Below are positions 42,830-54,391 of a stretch of DNA of 64,000 bases, piece after piece. Positions within the stretch are counted from its first letter, which is position 1, and each line of letters starts with the position of its first letter. The notes below the pieces were generated by a model, which made no database searches, was not told the DNA's origin, and saw only the letters and a list, made by a program, of their open reading frames with translations. Where the stretch lies: the NCBI GenBank assembly GCA_964019335.1, contig OZ025673.1:607180-671179 (forward strand), given 5' to 3'. Source of the DNA: Diplonema japonicum (Eukaryota; Protista; Euglenozoa: Diplonemea). A program made the position numbers and the translations under genes.

Positions 42830-43795
42830 TCAGAAATGATTGAAGCCCGGGGTCTTCAAAGCGCCGGGCACGAACCTGTCTTGGTTCGGGTTCCAAAGCT
42901 TAATCAGCGGTGTGTATTTCCTTAGCAATCTTATATGGATGCTAGACCCCGGAGTGCCAAGCATCGGTCTGGCTCTCGTATGCAACGTCATCCCTGTGGA
43001 TATTGGCACCTTTATCGTTGCATACCATTGTCGCCTCGTCCCATTTTAGGGAAGAACATTCCCATCGCCTCCTCGGTCGTCGGTTGGTTGAACCCATTCT
43101 TCGGTGTTGGTGTGAATCGTGCGAATCTTCTGTCTCTCAGCATCTGCAAGAGTTATATAGCACATCTCAAAGCACACCTTCTCTTTAATATATATCTTCC
43201 AGTACTCTTTTGTAGTGTTATCGAAACGGAACAGTGTGTTGGCGGGTTCAGTCGGATCTGTGGTTCTTCTACACCAGAAGCAAATGCACACCTAACGCAT
43301 CCATGGGCTTCACGTAATCTATATTTAACCGTTCACGCATTTCTTCTCGCAGCCACATGATCTCTCGCTGGAAGTTGGTTCTGTTCTTCCATGTCATAGC
43401 AACTATCGACATGTAATTCATTTCGGGCTCAGGCATGTTATCTCTCAAATCCTGTGAACGTGGTTTTAGCAACAAAAATACCTGCCACTTGACACCATCA
43501 GGCACCTTGAGCATCTTCCGCATCTCGTCTGTCGTCTTTGATTCCACTGCTATCCATGGGAACAATTTGAGACACAAGTCTCTATTATCAGGTATATCCG
43601 GCACACATATTGTTTTATCCAGCTTCGTCAACCCCAGCTGGAAAGCGGCAAGCTTTGTCTGCGGTGTGTTGCAGTGTGCAATGGGGTACATACTTCAGCT
43701 GGCCATCTCGTAATGTCACATCTTCGCAGCACCACAAACAGTACTTTCCCCACCTTCCGGTACCCCGGAGTCGCCATTCTAGATGGGACAGACAT
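42830..43795 (-). CDS. uL30-domain protein, probable mitochondrial ribosomal protein uL30m; introns 43659-43693, 43258-43291, 43144-43177, 42994-43025
   Basis: Spliced KVLFVVLRRCDITRWPAETKLAAFQLGLTKLDKTICVPDIPDNRDLCLKLFPWIAVE matches the L30 pattern (LGL.K...T..VPD.P..R). Four introns of 32-35 nt give one continuous frame. Confidence 0.68.
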
Positions 43796-43994
43796 CTTGC
43801 TGTCCTTCGTGTCGTGTAATATGAAGTAGTTGAGAGAAGAATATACAAAACAATGGACAATGTGGAGCAAAAACTAATCCGTACCAGAGAGCAACCAGTA
43901 GACTGCGCAAAGCACGAGCACACTGTGCACACTAGCTCCTGAGACTGTATAGCAAAGAAAAAAGAAGAAGAAGAAGAAAAAGCAACATGAGTAC

Positions 43995-45043
43995 TTACAG
44001 TCTATGCATGGAATCAAAGCCTGCCTGGATACGCCTGCGGTGCCCTGTGTGCGATGCATTGGTGCATGTCCTGCATACCAAGTTGAATTCCCAGCTTCTC
44101 CATGTCGCTATCCGAAAGCAAACGCAGGGTTTTAACTATGAAAATGTATTGTGAGCAACAAACACATACCGTCAGCAACTTCATTCTGCTTCAGAAGTTT
44201 CTCGACCCTAGCCGCCTTGTCGGCAGGAATGTTGACAACATTTGATGTGAGGAATGTGAAAATATCATTCTTTGCTGTCTTCACCTCGCACTCTGGTCTT
44301 GGGATGAATGTAGGCCTCGTGCGATAGTGCATCTCTCTTTCTTCTTCTGGTGGGGGAGGGGGTATGTCATGTATAGGTGTGGATGCCCGTCGCGAAGAGG
44401 AGCTGCCCCTTCTGCGCACTGACGACGGGCGCTTTTGGAGGGGTGTTGATTGGTACATGGGGCGGCGCTCAGCAGACATGCCTCTCTGCGGTGCGTAGAA
44501 CTCGCCTGTGCCGCTAGACCTTGATGTAGAAGGGACTCTCCTATAAGCAGGAAGGGTAGTGCTCTTGAAGGCACTTCCCGCTCCATTCTTTTTCGTCCTC
44601 TCCACGTCCCTAGCCATTCCGCCCACTTCGGTAGTAAATTCCGTTCCCATACCTTTACCACCCTTCAGATAAGTGAGACGCGAAGTGTCGCGTGGGTTGG
44701 AGTGTCTCCCAGACTTCTTGCTCTTGCTGAATGCTTGGCTTGGCATGGGTTGCGCAGTTGCGCTCCTCGTCATGCTTCTCTGTGGGGAGAGGTGGTCAGT
44801 CCCAAATGCAAAAGGCATCACAGTTGGACCTGCAGCAGGGCAGCCTGGAGTCAGCAGGTTAATGAGCTTTCGCCTCGACCCCACGGCTGGGAAGATCTTT
44901 TGCATTGTTTCCGGTGTCAAATTCTCAACATCACTAATTGAGTTGCAGCCAACTTCTAGAAGAGTTGCATGCATCCTTCCCAGGCCGACCTCTTGCAGCG
45001 CCAGCCTGAGAACGCTCGACGCATCTGGACTGTCAAGGCTCAT
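43995..45043 (-). CDS. Protein with N- and C-terminal SAM domains; introns 44136-44169 and 44045-44078
   Basis: LQEVGLG...VGSRRKLINLL and the spliced LRLLSDSDMEKLGIQLGHRRRI SAM signature. Confidence 0.82.
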
Positions 45044-45166
45044 GATGCTCCTGTGCGGTTGCTTAACAAAACATAAGTTATTAAAAAATAAGAGTGGGAG
45101 CATAGAAAGCAGTTCCAGCTGCGAAGACCGTATGGAAGATGGCTTACTTGCGCTACCGTGCAAGGC

Positions 45167-46315
45167 TTAGGAAAGTCCTTTGTGCACAACTGACGGGCCA
45201 GCATCGTTGTACTGTTCTTTTGTGATCCACAGCTCCTGTAATCGTGGTGTAGTAGTATACAAACATACTTCAAATTGTGCTAGGCTGCAGGCTAGCGACG
45301 CGCCCTTCCAAGCCAGTTCGGTTCTGTCACGAGGTGTAATGACACGTGGCTTGAGTTGCAGAGACGAGATACAGTCCACCTCGCTAGTGAGGCGTGCAGT
45401 GAAGCCGTCCATCTGCGATGTCCCCCCCGCGACAATAACGTTTTGTACGAGGTCCTTTGCCATGGATGTGGGCAGCGCTTGTATAGAATTCCACAGCACC
45501 TGGTGCACTGGAATGTTGTCCAGTAGGTGAGGATCGAAAGAAGGGCGGAACAGAACCTCCCCAGCCAACAACCGCTCTTTGCCCAAAGAGAGAGAAAGTT
45601 CATTGCCATCGGGAAGCGTTAAATTGAGGTCTCTCTCAATGCTATTCTTTTCTATGCTGTATATCTTACCATTAATCGCGTCGCTATATGAGGGGCAGCA
45701 CCTCGCAACCGCCTCCTTGGTCACGATAGCGTGGTGGTCGGTAGCAAAATCTGGAGATAGTTTATTAAGGTACTCTTTGAAGTATTGTGTCACAGTCCGT
45801 CCGCCAAGAGGCTCTCTATGGATTGCGTATTTAAGAAGAGTTCCATTTGAAACAGGCGAGCTCGTGGTGGCCGCCTCCCCAACATCAAGGACTACACCTT
45901 GCATTTTTCCAGTTCCGTAGAGCACTGCATATGGCGATGGCAAGCAGTACAACGCGGGCACATTGAAAATCTCAAACCATGTCTGCACCAGTAATTCGAG
46001 TGCTGCTCTCGGCATCCTCGCCGGAATGGTCAACATCACAGGGTGCTCGTGCGACTTCCATCCCTGCTGCTCGAATGCGTATGCCCAGAGCTTCTCCGTC
46101 ACGTTATCCATCTCGCTAAACCCTTCAGGTGCAGGGTTGATCTCGTCAATCAGAACCCCTTTTCCCCTTGCGACTTCGCGTCTTCCCCCGATGAACGGGA
46201 CTCTATCACCATCAACACCGACTAGCGTGCGCACCCTCAGCACATCAGCACCTGACGCTCCATGGAGCATATCATAAGTACCCAGATCGATAACAAGAGC
46301 CTTCTCCGACGGCAT
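45167..46315 (-). CDS. Divergent actin-related protein; probable 33-nt intron 45236-45268
   Basis: ALVIDLGT, EHPVMLT, FEIFNVPALY, GVVLDVGE, LPDG, GEVLFRP, NVIVAGGTS, AWKGAS, WITKEQYNDAGPSVVH. Confidence 0.92.
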   Translation of the reverse strand: MPSEKALVIDLGTYDMLHGASGADVLRVRTLVGVDGDRVPFIGGRREVARGKGVLIDEINPAPEGFSEMDNVTEKLWAYAFEQQGWKSHEHPVMLTIPARMPRAALELLVQTWFEIFNVPALYCLPSPYAVLYGTGKMQGVVLDVGEAATTSSPVSNGTLLKYAIHREPLGGRTVTQYFKEYLNKLSPDFATDHHAIVTKEAVARCCPSYSDAINGKIYSIEKNSIERDLNLTLPDGNELSLSLGKERLLAGEVLFRPSFDPHLLDNIPVHQVLWNSIQALPTSMAKDLVQNVIVAGGTSQMDGFTARLTSEVDCISSLQLKPRVITPRDRTELAWKGASLACSLAQFEVCLYTTTPRLQELWITKEQYNDAGPSVVHKGLS

Positions 46316-46480
46316 CTTTCTCACTAATCCTGGAGAGTTCATAGAATACTTACACTCCGGATCTGTTAAGTGCACAAAATGACGGACTAAAAAAAGTTCC
46401 AATTGCTTCTAATGCTGGAATAGATTTATTTGCGTCCGTGGCCCAATGTGCAACATATGGATTTTCTTCCAGTGAACCTT

Positions 46481-46526
<46 letters not shown>

Positions 46527-46956
46527 ATTTTCCCCTGGAAGAAACCACTATGGACAAAGGCCGGGTCACTAAACAGATCCGAATAGTTAGAAAGGAGGAA
46601 AACCGTTCTTTCGAGTGCAATTATAGCCACTACGGGATGGCTGTGAACAACTAATATTGCACTTTTCTTTTCATTCGCTTTTTGCCCGAGCGCTAGGTCG
46701 ATAGTCATGGGCATTTGAAATATGACTCTTCAAAAAAAAAAAAAAAGAAATAGAAAAAAAAAAACACAAAAAAACCCCCTCGACAACCTGAAATTGAACT
46801 CTCGATGTCACGATTGTTGGGCGTGCCTTTGGGTTGGTGCATATGTCTGGCGTTGCTAAACAACGGTCTAAACACAGTAGCAGCTCCATCTTGAAGGGTA
46901 TGTATGTTCCAGTTGAATACTAAATGTAATAAATAATGCCAGCTGTGAGTGGAAAC

Positions 46957-48474
46957 CTACAGGGCGCGCTTCACGAAGTCAGCGTAAGTATTAACCTTCT
47001 TGCCTGTGTCACTATCTAAGACGTAGACCTCAGACAACGTCGCTAAGTGATCTTTAGTTTCCTTGAGGAATCGGTCCTTTTTTCTATTCCAAGTGTCATC
47101 CCATTGTTGCGCTCTCTTGTAAAGTCTCAACACAACAGAGTCCTCGTTTTGTATTGAAGACATGACAAGTTTAGGGGTGCAGCGTGGTTCAGTACACACT
47201 GTAAGTTTGCCCCTGGAGTCGGGCAGGCCGGACTGGAGGGGCGAAAGAGGTGACAGAGGTGACGGAGGTGCCTGATTCAATGGTTTTGTACATCCCTCTC
47301 GTTGTAACTTCTTGACTATTTTTTGCAACTCCCGTAGTGTGTTCCCTTGTGCCTCTTTTTCCTTTATAAGCTTGTTCTTAGCCGTTTCCAGTGCCTCAAT
47401 GGTAGTGGTGTGCTGTTTCTCCCGCACTTCCATTAGTTTCTCCATGGCTTTTGACGTCTTGGCTTCTATTTGTTGAACCAGTGTCTCCAAACGGTTGACT
47501 TCTTGTGTGTGGTCTGAAGCTACTTTTGCTAGCTTTAGTTTGAATGTTTCCTCAAGTTGGTCAATTTCTTTTTTATGCCTCTTGTTTGTAGATTCCACTG
47601 TTTTGGTTAATCTTTTGTTCTCTTCTTTCAATTTGCCAATCTCATAGCTTCGCTGTTTCTCCAATTCTTCGAGTTTGGACACCTGATTACGTGAAACTTG
47701 TAAATCAAGTTCCAGTTTTAACTTTTCCTTCTGGAGTTGTTCTATGTTCTGTCTGCTCTCTTCTAACTCACAGCGGAAGTTGTGGATATCCTGTTGCAGT
47801 GCTTTGATCTCATTCAACAGGCGGACCGTGTACACCTCTTGATCTGCAGCAAGTGCAGCAAGTTTAATGAGCGTGACAGTCATCTCTGCCACTTGCAACA
47901 AGAGGTTTTCCTTTTCAGCATTCAATTTTTCCCAATAAACTTTCAGAGTTTGCATAATAAAGGTCCTGTGTGCCCTCAGTTTTGTACAGACTGCGGCTTT
48001 CCATCTAATAAAGGTACCCACCTCGTTCCGTAGCTTTTGTTGCTGTTCAGCTGCTTGTTCTCGCTCTTCGGAGAGCCTCTCTTCAGCGCCCTCTGCACGT
48101 TCCAACAACTCCTCCTTTTCCTTTTCTGAAACCAAATATTGTTTCTTCAATTCCTCGATTTCCAGCTTTTCACGAGATGCACCAATTCCATTAATTGAAC
48201 CCATTAATCCATCTTCTTCTTCTTCTCCTTCTTCTTCTTCTCCTTCTTCTTCTTCCTTTTCTTCATCTATTTCTTCTTGTATTGCTTGATATCTTCTGCG
48301 CAGCTCTACTTCTTTCTCCTGCATTGCTTTTTCTGCAATGGCGTCCAATATTGGTGTCAGCGGTGACTTGTCGTCATCCTGTCATTTGAGGTGTTATATG
48401 CACAAGCGCCACACCTGCTCCAAGGTTCGTTTTTTCCATAACGCCCTCGCCACCGCCCAGCCCCCCTGTTCCAT
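46957..48474 (-). CDS. Coiled-coil protein with acidic tract; intron 48379-48414
   Basis: Exon 1 MEQGGWAVARALWKKRTLEQ is joined in phase 0 to the long ORF. A polypyrimidine tract and CAG lie 5 nt upstream of the ATG. Confidence 0.78.
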
Positions 48475-48565
48475 ATGACCTGTGCGAAATGAAGGGAAAT
48501 CGAGGGAAATCGAGGGAAAGGGGGGAATAACGTCTCGATTCTATCTGATATACATGTCCCTTTAA

Positions 48566-50372
48566 CCATCTACCAACGGACCATTTTTGCCCACCAGGGG
48601 GTAAATTTTCAAAACTTCAAAAAAAGCTATTCTAGCGCAACGCCGGGGCTATATGCCCCCGGAAATGCCTCCAGATGTCCCAATTCTAGAGAGAGGGTGC
48701 CCACAGCAGGGCCCACCCTCACAACATTGTCAAAAATATCGTTCCTGAAGTGCCCGAGAGGGGGTACAAAAAACAAGTCAAAAAGAATCGACTGTAAAAT
48801 TCTGTAAAAAGCTATTTAAGGCCTTCTTGACGCGGTTCGTACGTGCCCCAGGGCTGGGGGACTTCTTTTTTGACCCCGAGAGGGGTTTCTGGGGGGTATC
48901 CCCGGCAAGGTGGTAGTCTTTGAAGCACGGAGTCACGCAAAGTTGTACCAAGCAGGTTGAACACTGGAACTGGGGTCATTTCGACTTGCCATGCTTACAC
49001 CGCACGTTGCGCTACTTTTTCGGGGAAATGGTCCCAGAAGGTACTATCGCGGCGCATTGGGGTCTCAGGGCACTCGTTCTGTGTTTCGGGGCATGGTATT
49101 GGGGCAGCCTGCTCTGTAGTTGACTTTATCTGTTGTTTAGACTGCCTCCCTAGTAGCCCTTCGATGACTGCCTCTTTGAAAGGCGTGAATCCACTGTCGT
49201 TCGTACTCAGGGTGTTGGGGGGCAATGCTTCTTTCCAAACAAGCCAAGCATTTGCCAGAGATTTATCTAACACGTACGAAAATACTTTCAGGGGCCACTT
49301 CGAAGTCATAAGGGTGCGTTTATGGCGTTTTGTCACAGCGTCACCCAGCGTCGGTTCCGACCATTGCGGTGTTGTAAATATGCACTTGGTGGGGAGCGGG
49401 ATGTCCTTTCCGGCTTTCATTCTCTTTTGGCCGACACGTCAAATTTGACTTCACCAGAACATCCAACGTCGACAGAAAGCGCACAGGCTTGATGTCATGC
49501 CACGTTGTGGTGCAAAGGATGCTCACGTGCTGGTGGAACTGGGTGTCCCCACAGGATGCGTGTCCTTGGGCTTGCGGCCTCGCTTCTTTGGGGCATCCGT
49601 GATCTCCGGGAGGCCTTTGCGATAGGTAGAAGTCAGCACGCTTGTTTGTTTCGCTGTGGAAACACAGATTTCCCAGAATAGTCAAAAAGCGGTCTCTTGA
49701 CATGACGGTGGCGTACCCAGGGGTGGTTGAGAGACGTGGAGCCAGTGCGCCAGTAGTCAGAATAATCTGGCTTGATATCCAAGTCCATCGACAAAAGGGC
49801 ACTTAGGAAGGTATGCAAAGAAGCAGCATTGAGATCCAGGGAAACACCTTTTTTAGCCGCATTTGCCACATTGTTCGAAATTATGACCCAAATAACGTTT
49901 GGGGCGAGCATTTGGGAGAATATATGGAATGGCGTTGAGCCTCTGATGTCAAAACAGGGTCCACAAGGATTCCGATCTTCACGAAACCGGATGCCTTCCA
50001 ACCGCTCCGGCATTGCCGTCCAATCACCCTGCTGTGACTCGGAATCGGTCGAATTCGTATCAGAATCACTGTCCGTACCAAAATTGCATAATAGGGATGA
50101 GCCATCAGTGCTACCATCACTCATAATGTCCTCTTCCGGCCTCTTTCTGGGCACCCTTTTTTGAAGTGATTTTTAAGGGTAAATTTGGGCTGGCGTTTTT
50201 TTTTCTTTTTTCTTTTTCTTGTTAAGTTAGGGCAGCATTTAGTTTATATTTTTCATATTTTCCGCGCAGGACCCCGGATGCGAGAAGTGGCCGGGCTGTA
50301 TTGCATTGAAAGCCCTTTGCGCAAAAGATTTTTTTTCAAATCGTCTCTATAAAGACGCTCGTTGGTAGATGG
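48566..50372 (-). mobile_element. Non-autonomous piggyBac transposon (1807 bp)
   Basis: TTAA TSDs at 48562-48565 and 50373-50376. Perfect 13-bp TIRs CCATCTACCAACG / CGTTGGTAGATGG. Internal transposase remnants. Confidence 0.93.
48811..50154 (-). pseudogene. piggyBac (DDE_Tnp_1_7) transposase pseudogene, frameshifted and internally deleted
   Basis: TPFHIFSQM, YSDYW, MSRDRFLTILGNLCF, WHDIKPVRFLST, YNTAMVGTD, KWPLKVFSY...NAW and Cys-rich tail CSTCLVQLCVTPCFKDYH, spread over several frames with stops. Confidence 0.88.
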
Positions 50373-50645
50373 TTAAGTACATTTGCAGCAAGCTGGGATT
50401 TAGTTATTGATCGATTCAAACACGAATTAAGTCGCCCTGATCCCAATAAGCGAAGAGAGCACCAAAAGGGCTCCTTCAACCCAAGTAAAAGCCCTTCCCC
50501 CTTTCCCCCCCTTTTTGGGGGTACTTTACGTGCTTCGTTAAAACTATAAATTGAAACTTCACGATAAGACACAGCAGAATTTTGAGACGTTATGAAATAG
50601 AAAAAAACGAGAAATAAAGCGGACCACAGGTGATGCTCGTCATGA

Positions 50646-52334
50646 TCAATTGCCAATGACAATGGTATTTATTTTCGAACTGTGAAGGGTGGTAAGCAAC
50701 ACGTAAACATACAATAATTCGGCATCCTCCATCCCGACTTTTGTGAGGATGCTTTTCAACGAACTGAGCTCAGGCGGTGTCAAATTGGTGCCCGGGCTTG
50801 AAACTAGTTCCAACAAGTGAGCCTGGACTGTTTCGAAGACGTGCTCCCTTCCAACGTGTTGAGAGTTATGCAGCGTGAGCAGCACGCGATGCTGTGAGTT
50901 ATCCCTAATCCCCAATTGTCCGTGTCATACCAAGTCCATGAGACGCAAGATGTTCCACGAACTTTCCTTGCACAAAGGGGCACAGAGTACATCAAAAAGA
51001 GAGCGAGAGTAGCTACCTGAGAAAATCCACATCAATTCAACTGCAAGGCGCGGTCGGTTGTCGATCTCAGTCCGTAGCTGTGAGGATGTGTACAGAAAGA
51101 GGCATACCGCTTCAGTTGAAACTATCCTACCGGCCACAGCCTCATGGACAGCTGTCGTAGTCCTACCTGATGCATTGTACGCCTCGATCATCTCAGTTAG
51201 CTGGCCGAGGTCCATATTCCCTACGAGGTAGTTGTCATTGCTGTAGTCCTCCACTCGTATCTTATGGTCGCCAGTCTGCAATCCCGTCTCGGATGTGGGT
51301 AGTGCTTTCTGCTCAAGGATTTCAGCATCTGAGTTAGCAAGGGAGGTAATCCTTTTCTGCGCATTGTCAAACAGCTCCTTAGCAGCATCGGCAATAGCCC
51401 CATGTGAATCCTTCAGATTGCTCACCGTGCTTAACAGTCGTGTCAAGGTAGGTGCTGAACATGTCATCAACGCTTCTTCACTCGCTGTTTTCTTAAGACA
51501 ACACTCGATGAAGTTTCTGTTTTCAGCAGTCTTGTGGAGCCCCATGGTGATGCATCCCCACAAGACGTTGGTCAGGTCATCTATGTCCCATCCAGGTTGC
51601 TGAGGTGACCCTGCAACCCACTTCACAAATGGCGGTTGGCCATCCTTTTCTACACAAACGAACCTGTGCAACTTGGTCGACCAAAGAGGTTTCAAACCCA
51701 GTAAACCTAGAGCTAGAATGGCAGTTGGAACATGCTGCGGTCTGTCGATTGACTGCATTTTTTGCGCTCTGGCATGTGTCATTTCGACAGCGCGGGTGGT
51801 GGTGGACTTTGCTAAGATGTAGAGCGGGTTGTCTTTCGCAGCTTGAACCCCCCCCCGCTGGCTTGCATAGTTGTAATAGATTCTGGCATAGCACGAAGCA
51901 AATTCGAGATACATACCAACCGATCCAGAAAGTTTTGGTTTTTTTGATGCTGCCTTATCCTTTTTTTCCTTGCCTGTCACAATGGCTCTTAGTTTACCAC
52001 CTGTGCGTTCTGACTCCTTTGAAACGAATCTGGACAACATCCTGTTACTCATTACCTCAAGGGCTGCCCCACACTTGCTGGTCAAGGGCGAGCCGTCAAG
52101 GTTCGCCATCATCCTTGCTGCCTCAAGATCATGGGTATCAATCAGTGCACTGGGTTCCTGCTGGAGTATAAAATCAGCTACTTCATGCCGTGTCTGACAC
52201 TGCCTCATTGCTGTGGACAATGGGTTCCTGTCTGTTTCTTCCGGCATTGCATTTTCATGAGCAGCTTCACTTGTGCACCACCTGAGGGAGAGCAACTGCT
52301 GTTTTACAGCAATCCTTCCAAAGCGTGTGAGCAT
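50646..52334 (-). CDS. Probable mitochondrial helical-repeat (FASTK/OPR-like) protein; introns 51078-51107, 50892-50930, 50680-50712
   Basis: Transit-like MLTRFGRIAVKQQLLSLRWC. WDIDDLTNVLWGCITMG and MDLGQLTEMIEAY repeat-like helices. The function is inferred. Confidence 0.68.
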
Positions 52335-52446
52335 TCTATCCTATGTTCCTAGATGATGGTTTAAACTTATTTGGCAGAGCATTAGTAATAAGATGTTGGG
52401 GTACTAAAATAAGTAGTAGGGCAACTAAAGTTTAAGTTGTAGTTTC

Positions 52447-53007
52447 TCAAGGCTCAAGTAGAGTAACAGCTTCCCCAACACGATGAAGGAGTGTGCCACA
52501 TCTGAATGGCCTGAAGTCAGACTCGACCCTTGCAATGACTTGGTCATCGAGCGAAAATGTGACTATGCTTGTGCCACAGTCACATGTAATTGTGATCACT
52601 TGAGACATCAGGAGAGGTGCTGTATCAAGTATCTTTTTCCCTCCCCTCCACAATCCCCCAGCACCAGATAGTCCAATCGAATTAGCATTCCCCATTACCC
52701 CCTGGAGGTCTGCAACACCAATCCAGTCAGGAACTTTGTTTGAGAGTGAAAAGCTGCCATCACCAAGTAGTACTTTCCATTGCATTGTCCCTTCTTCAAC
52801 CCCCTCACCAGCAAGAACAAGTATTCCACCCTTATTCTGCTCTCTTATTCTCGTTGCTATTTGTCTATTACCACAAAATTTCATCTCTAGCACATGTTCA
52901 GGTCTACACCACCATCCTCTTGTTGAAGTAGTTGATATCTCTTGAATGCACCTTGCAACAACTATGCTAAAAATACTCAAACCTACAGCTAAGCTCCAAT
53001 TATCCAT
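52447..53007 (-). CDS. N-terminal TM plus SPRY/B30.2-like domain protein; first gene of the minus-strand cluster
   Basis: GEGVEEGTMQWKV, WIGVAD, VITITCDCGTSIVTFSLD. Confidence 0.65.
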   Translation of the reverse strand: MDNWSLAVGLSIFSIVVARCIQEISTTSTRGWWCRPEHVLEMKFCGNRQIATRIREQNKGGILVLAGEGVEEGTMQWKVLLGDGSFSLSNKVPDWIGVADLQGVMGNANSIGLSGAGGLWRGGKKILDTAPLLMSQVITITCDCGTSIVTFSLDDQVIARVESDFRPFRCGTLLHRVGEAVTLLEP

Positions 53008-53477
53008 TTGCTTTTTCTTGATGCCTTATAAATTGAAGTGAAAGGATGTCAAAGCATATAACAATTATAAGAAAGGGGGAAAGACAAGGTGATACTATGT
53101 CATCTTAAGTCTTAAGTGAATCAGTTTTCACATTTTTTTTTTTTTTTTTGAATTCTGCTAAAGGCATTTTTAGTGCTCTGCATGCCCACTCTTTAAAGAG
53201 GGGCCCTATTGACTTTTTTTATTCTGAACACTATTTTGCCCATAAACAGTGTTAAGTGGTTCCCTTGAGCAGTGTTGGGTATGACCCCTCACAAGAGGGG
53301 AATGGGTCAAGAGGGGACAACATGGGTCAAGAGTGGATACACCTGAAAACCCCCCTAAATGCCTAAAAAAACTTTTTTTCCTCACAAAAAATGGTCAAAA
53401 ATACCCGAAAATTGATTTTTTTTTTTTGAAAAAAATTTTTTTTTCCTCAAAAGTACTGTCCAAAGTACCTATTCTAG

Positions 53478-54357
53478 CAGTGTTGTTATGGGAAAAAACC
53501 CAGGGGGGTGGGGGGGCAGGGCAGTGATGGGTTATTCCCTCAAGGGAATTTGAGGGAATCCAGGGGAATGGAGGGAAGGGAATGATTCCCTGAGGGAATT
53601 TGGGGGAATGGGGAAATGAAAGGGAATGGGGGAACCAAGGGAATGGGGGAATGGAGGGAATGGCCTTAGTGGTGAAAAAAAAATTTTTTTCTGGGGTCAC
53701 AGGCACTCAGGCACCCTCAAAATGGACTTGCAAAAAAAATTTTTTTTTCCCTAGCAGTGCCCTTACCAAGGCTGACTTTGCCATTTTTTGGGATTTTTCC
53801 AAAGGGAAATTTGGCCTTAGGGGGTGAAAAAAAAATTTTTTTTCTGGGGCCACACACTTGGGCCAGTGATGGGTGAATCCTAATTAGGACTAGACTGGAC
53901 TGGACCAGACTGGACTGGATCCAGCATGAATTTCGACCCAATTATGCCAGACTGACCAGACTGGACTGGACTGTACTGGACTGAACCAGACCAGACAAGA
54001 TACAACCACAACACCACATCCCCCCCCCCTTTTTTTTGCTGCAGAGTTCAAATGTATAAACAGATGTCTACAAGAAAAGATGTTACACAGGTACTGAGCA
54101 GTGTTGGTCCAGACCCTTGAGGGACTCAGGGGACTCCAAGGGACAGGACAGGAGTCCCCTGAAATTTTCAGGGGTCTGGAGGGGACTCAGGGGACTCTTG
54201 GGACCAAAAAATTTCTTTGTGTTTTTTGTGTCACAAAGGCCCAAATTTAGGCTGGGGCTTACATTTTTTTGGTACTTTTGGTCTCAAAGGTTCAAAAAAA
54301 GAGGTCCTAGGTTTGGGTGGGATGTGAGGCAAGGCTCATACTACCTTGTTGTGACTA

Positions 54358-54391
<34 letters not shown>

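Noticed and set aside
26433-46402. N-terminal extensions in the ORF track (starts 27899, 31652, 38633, 42829, 45163, 46402)
   Set aside because: They run through upstream spacers, acceptor tracts or the neighbouring gene; the downstream ATGs coincide with domain starts.
1389-52334. Stop-codon reassignment, frameshifting or pseudogenisation as the cause of fragmented ORFs
   Set aside because: Every break examined in the host genes is resolved by a canonical short GT-AG intron, and TAA, TAG and TGA all serve as real stops.
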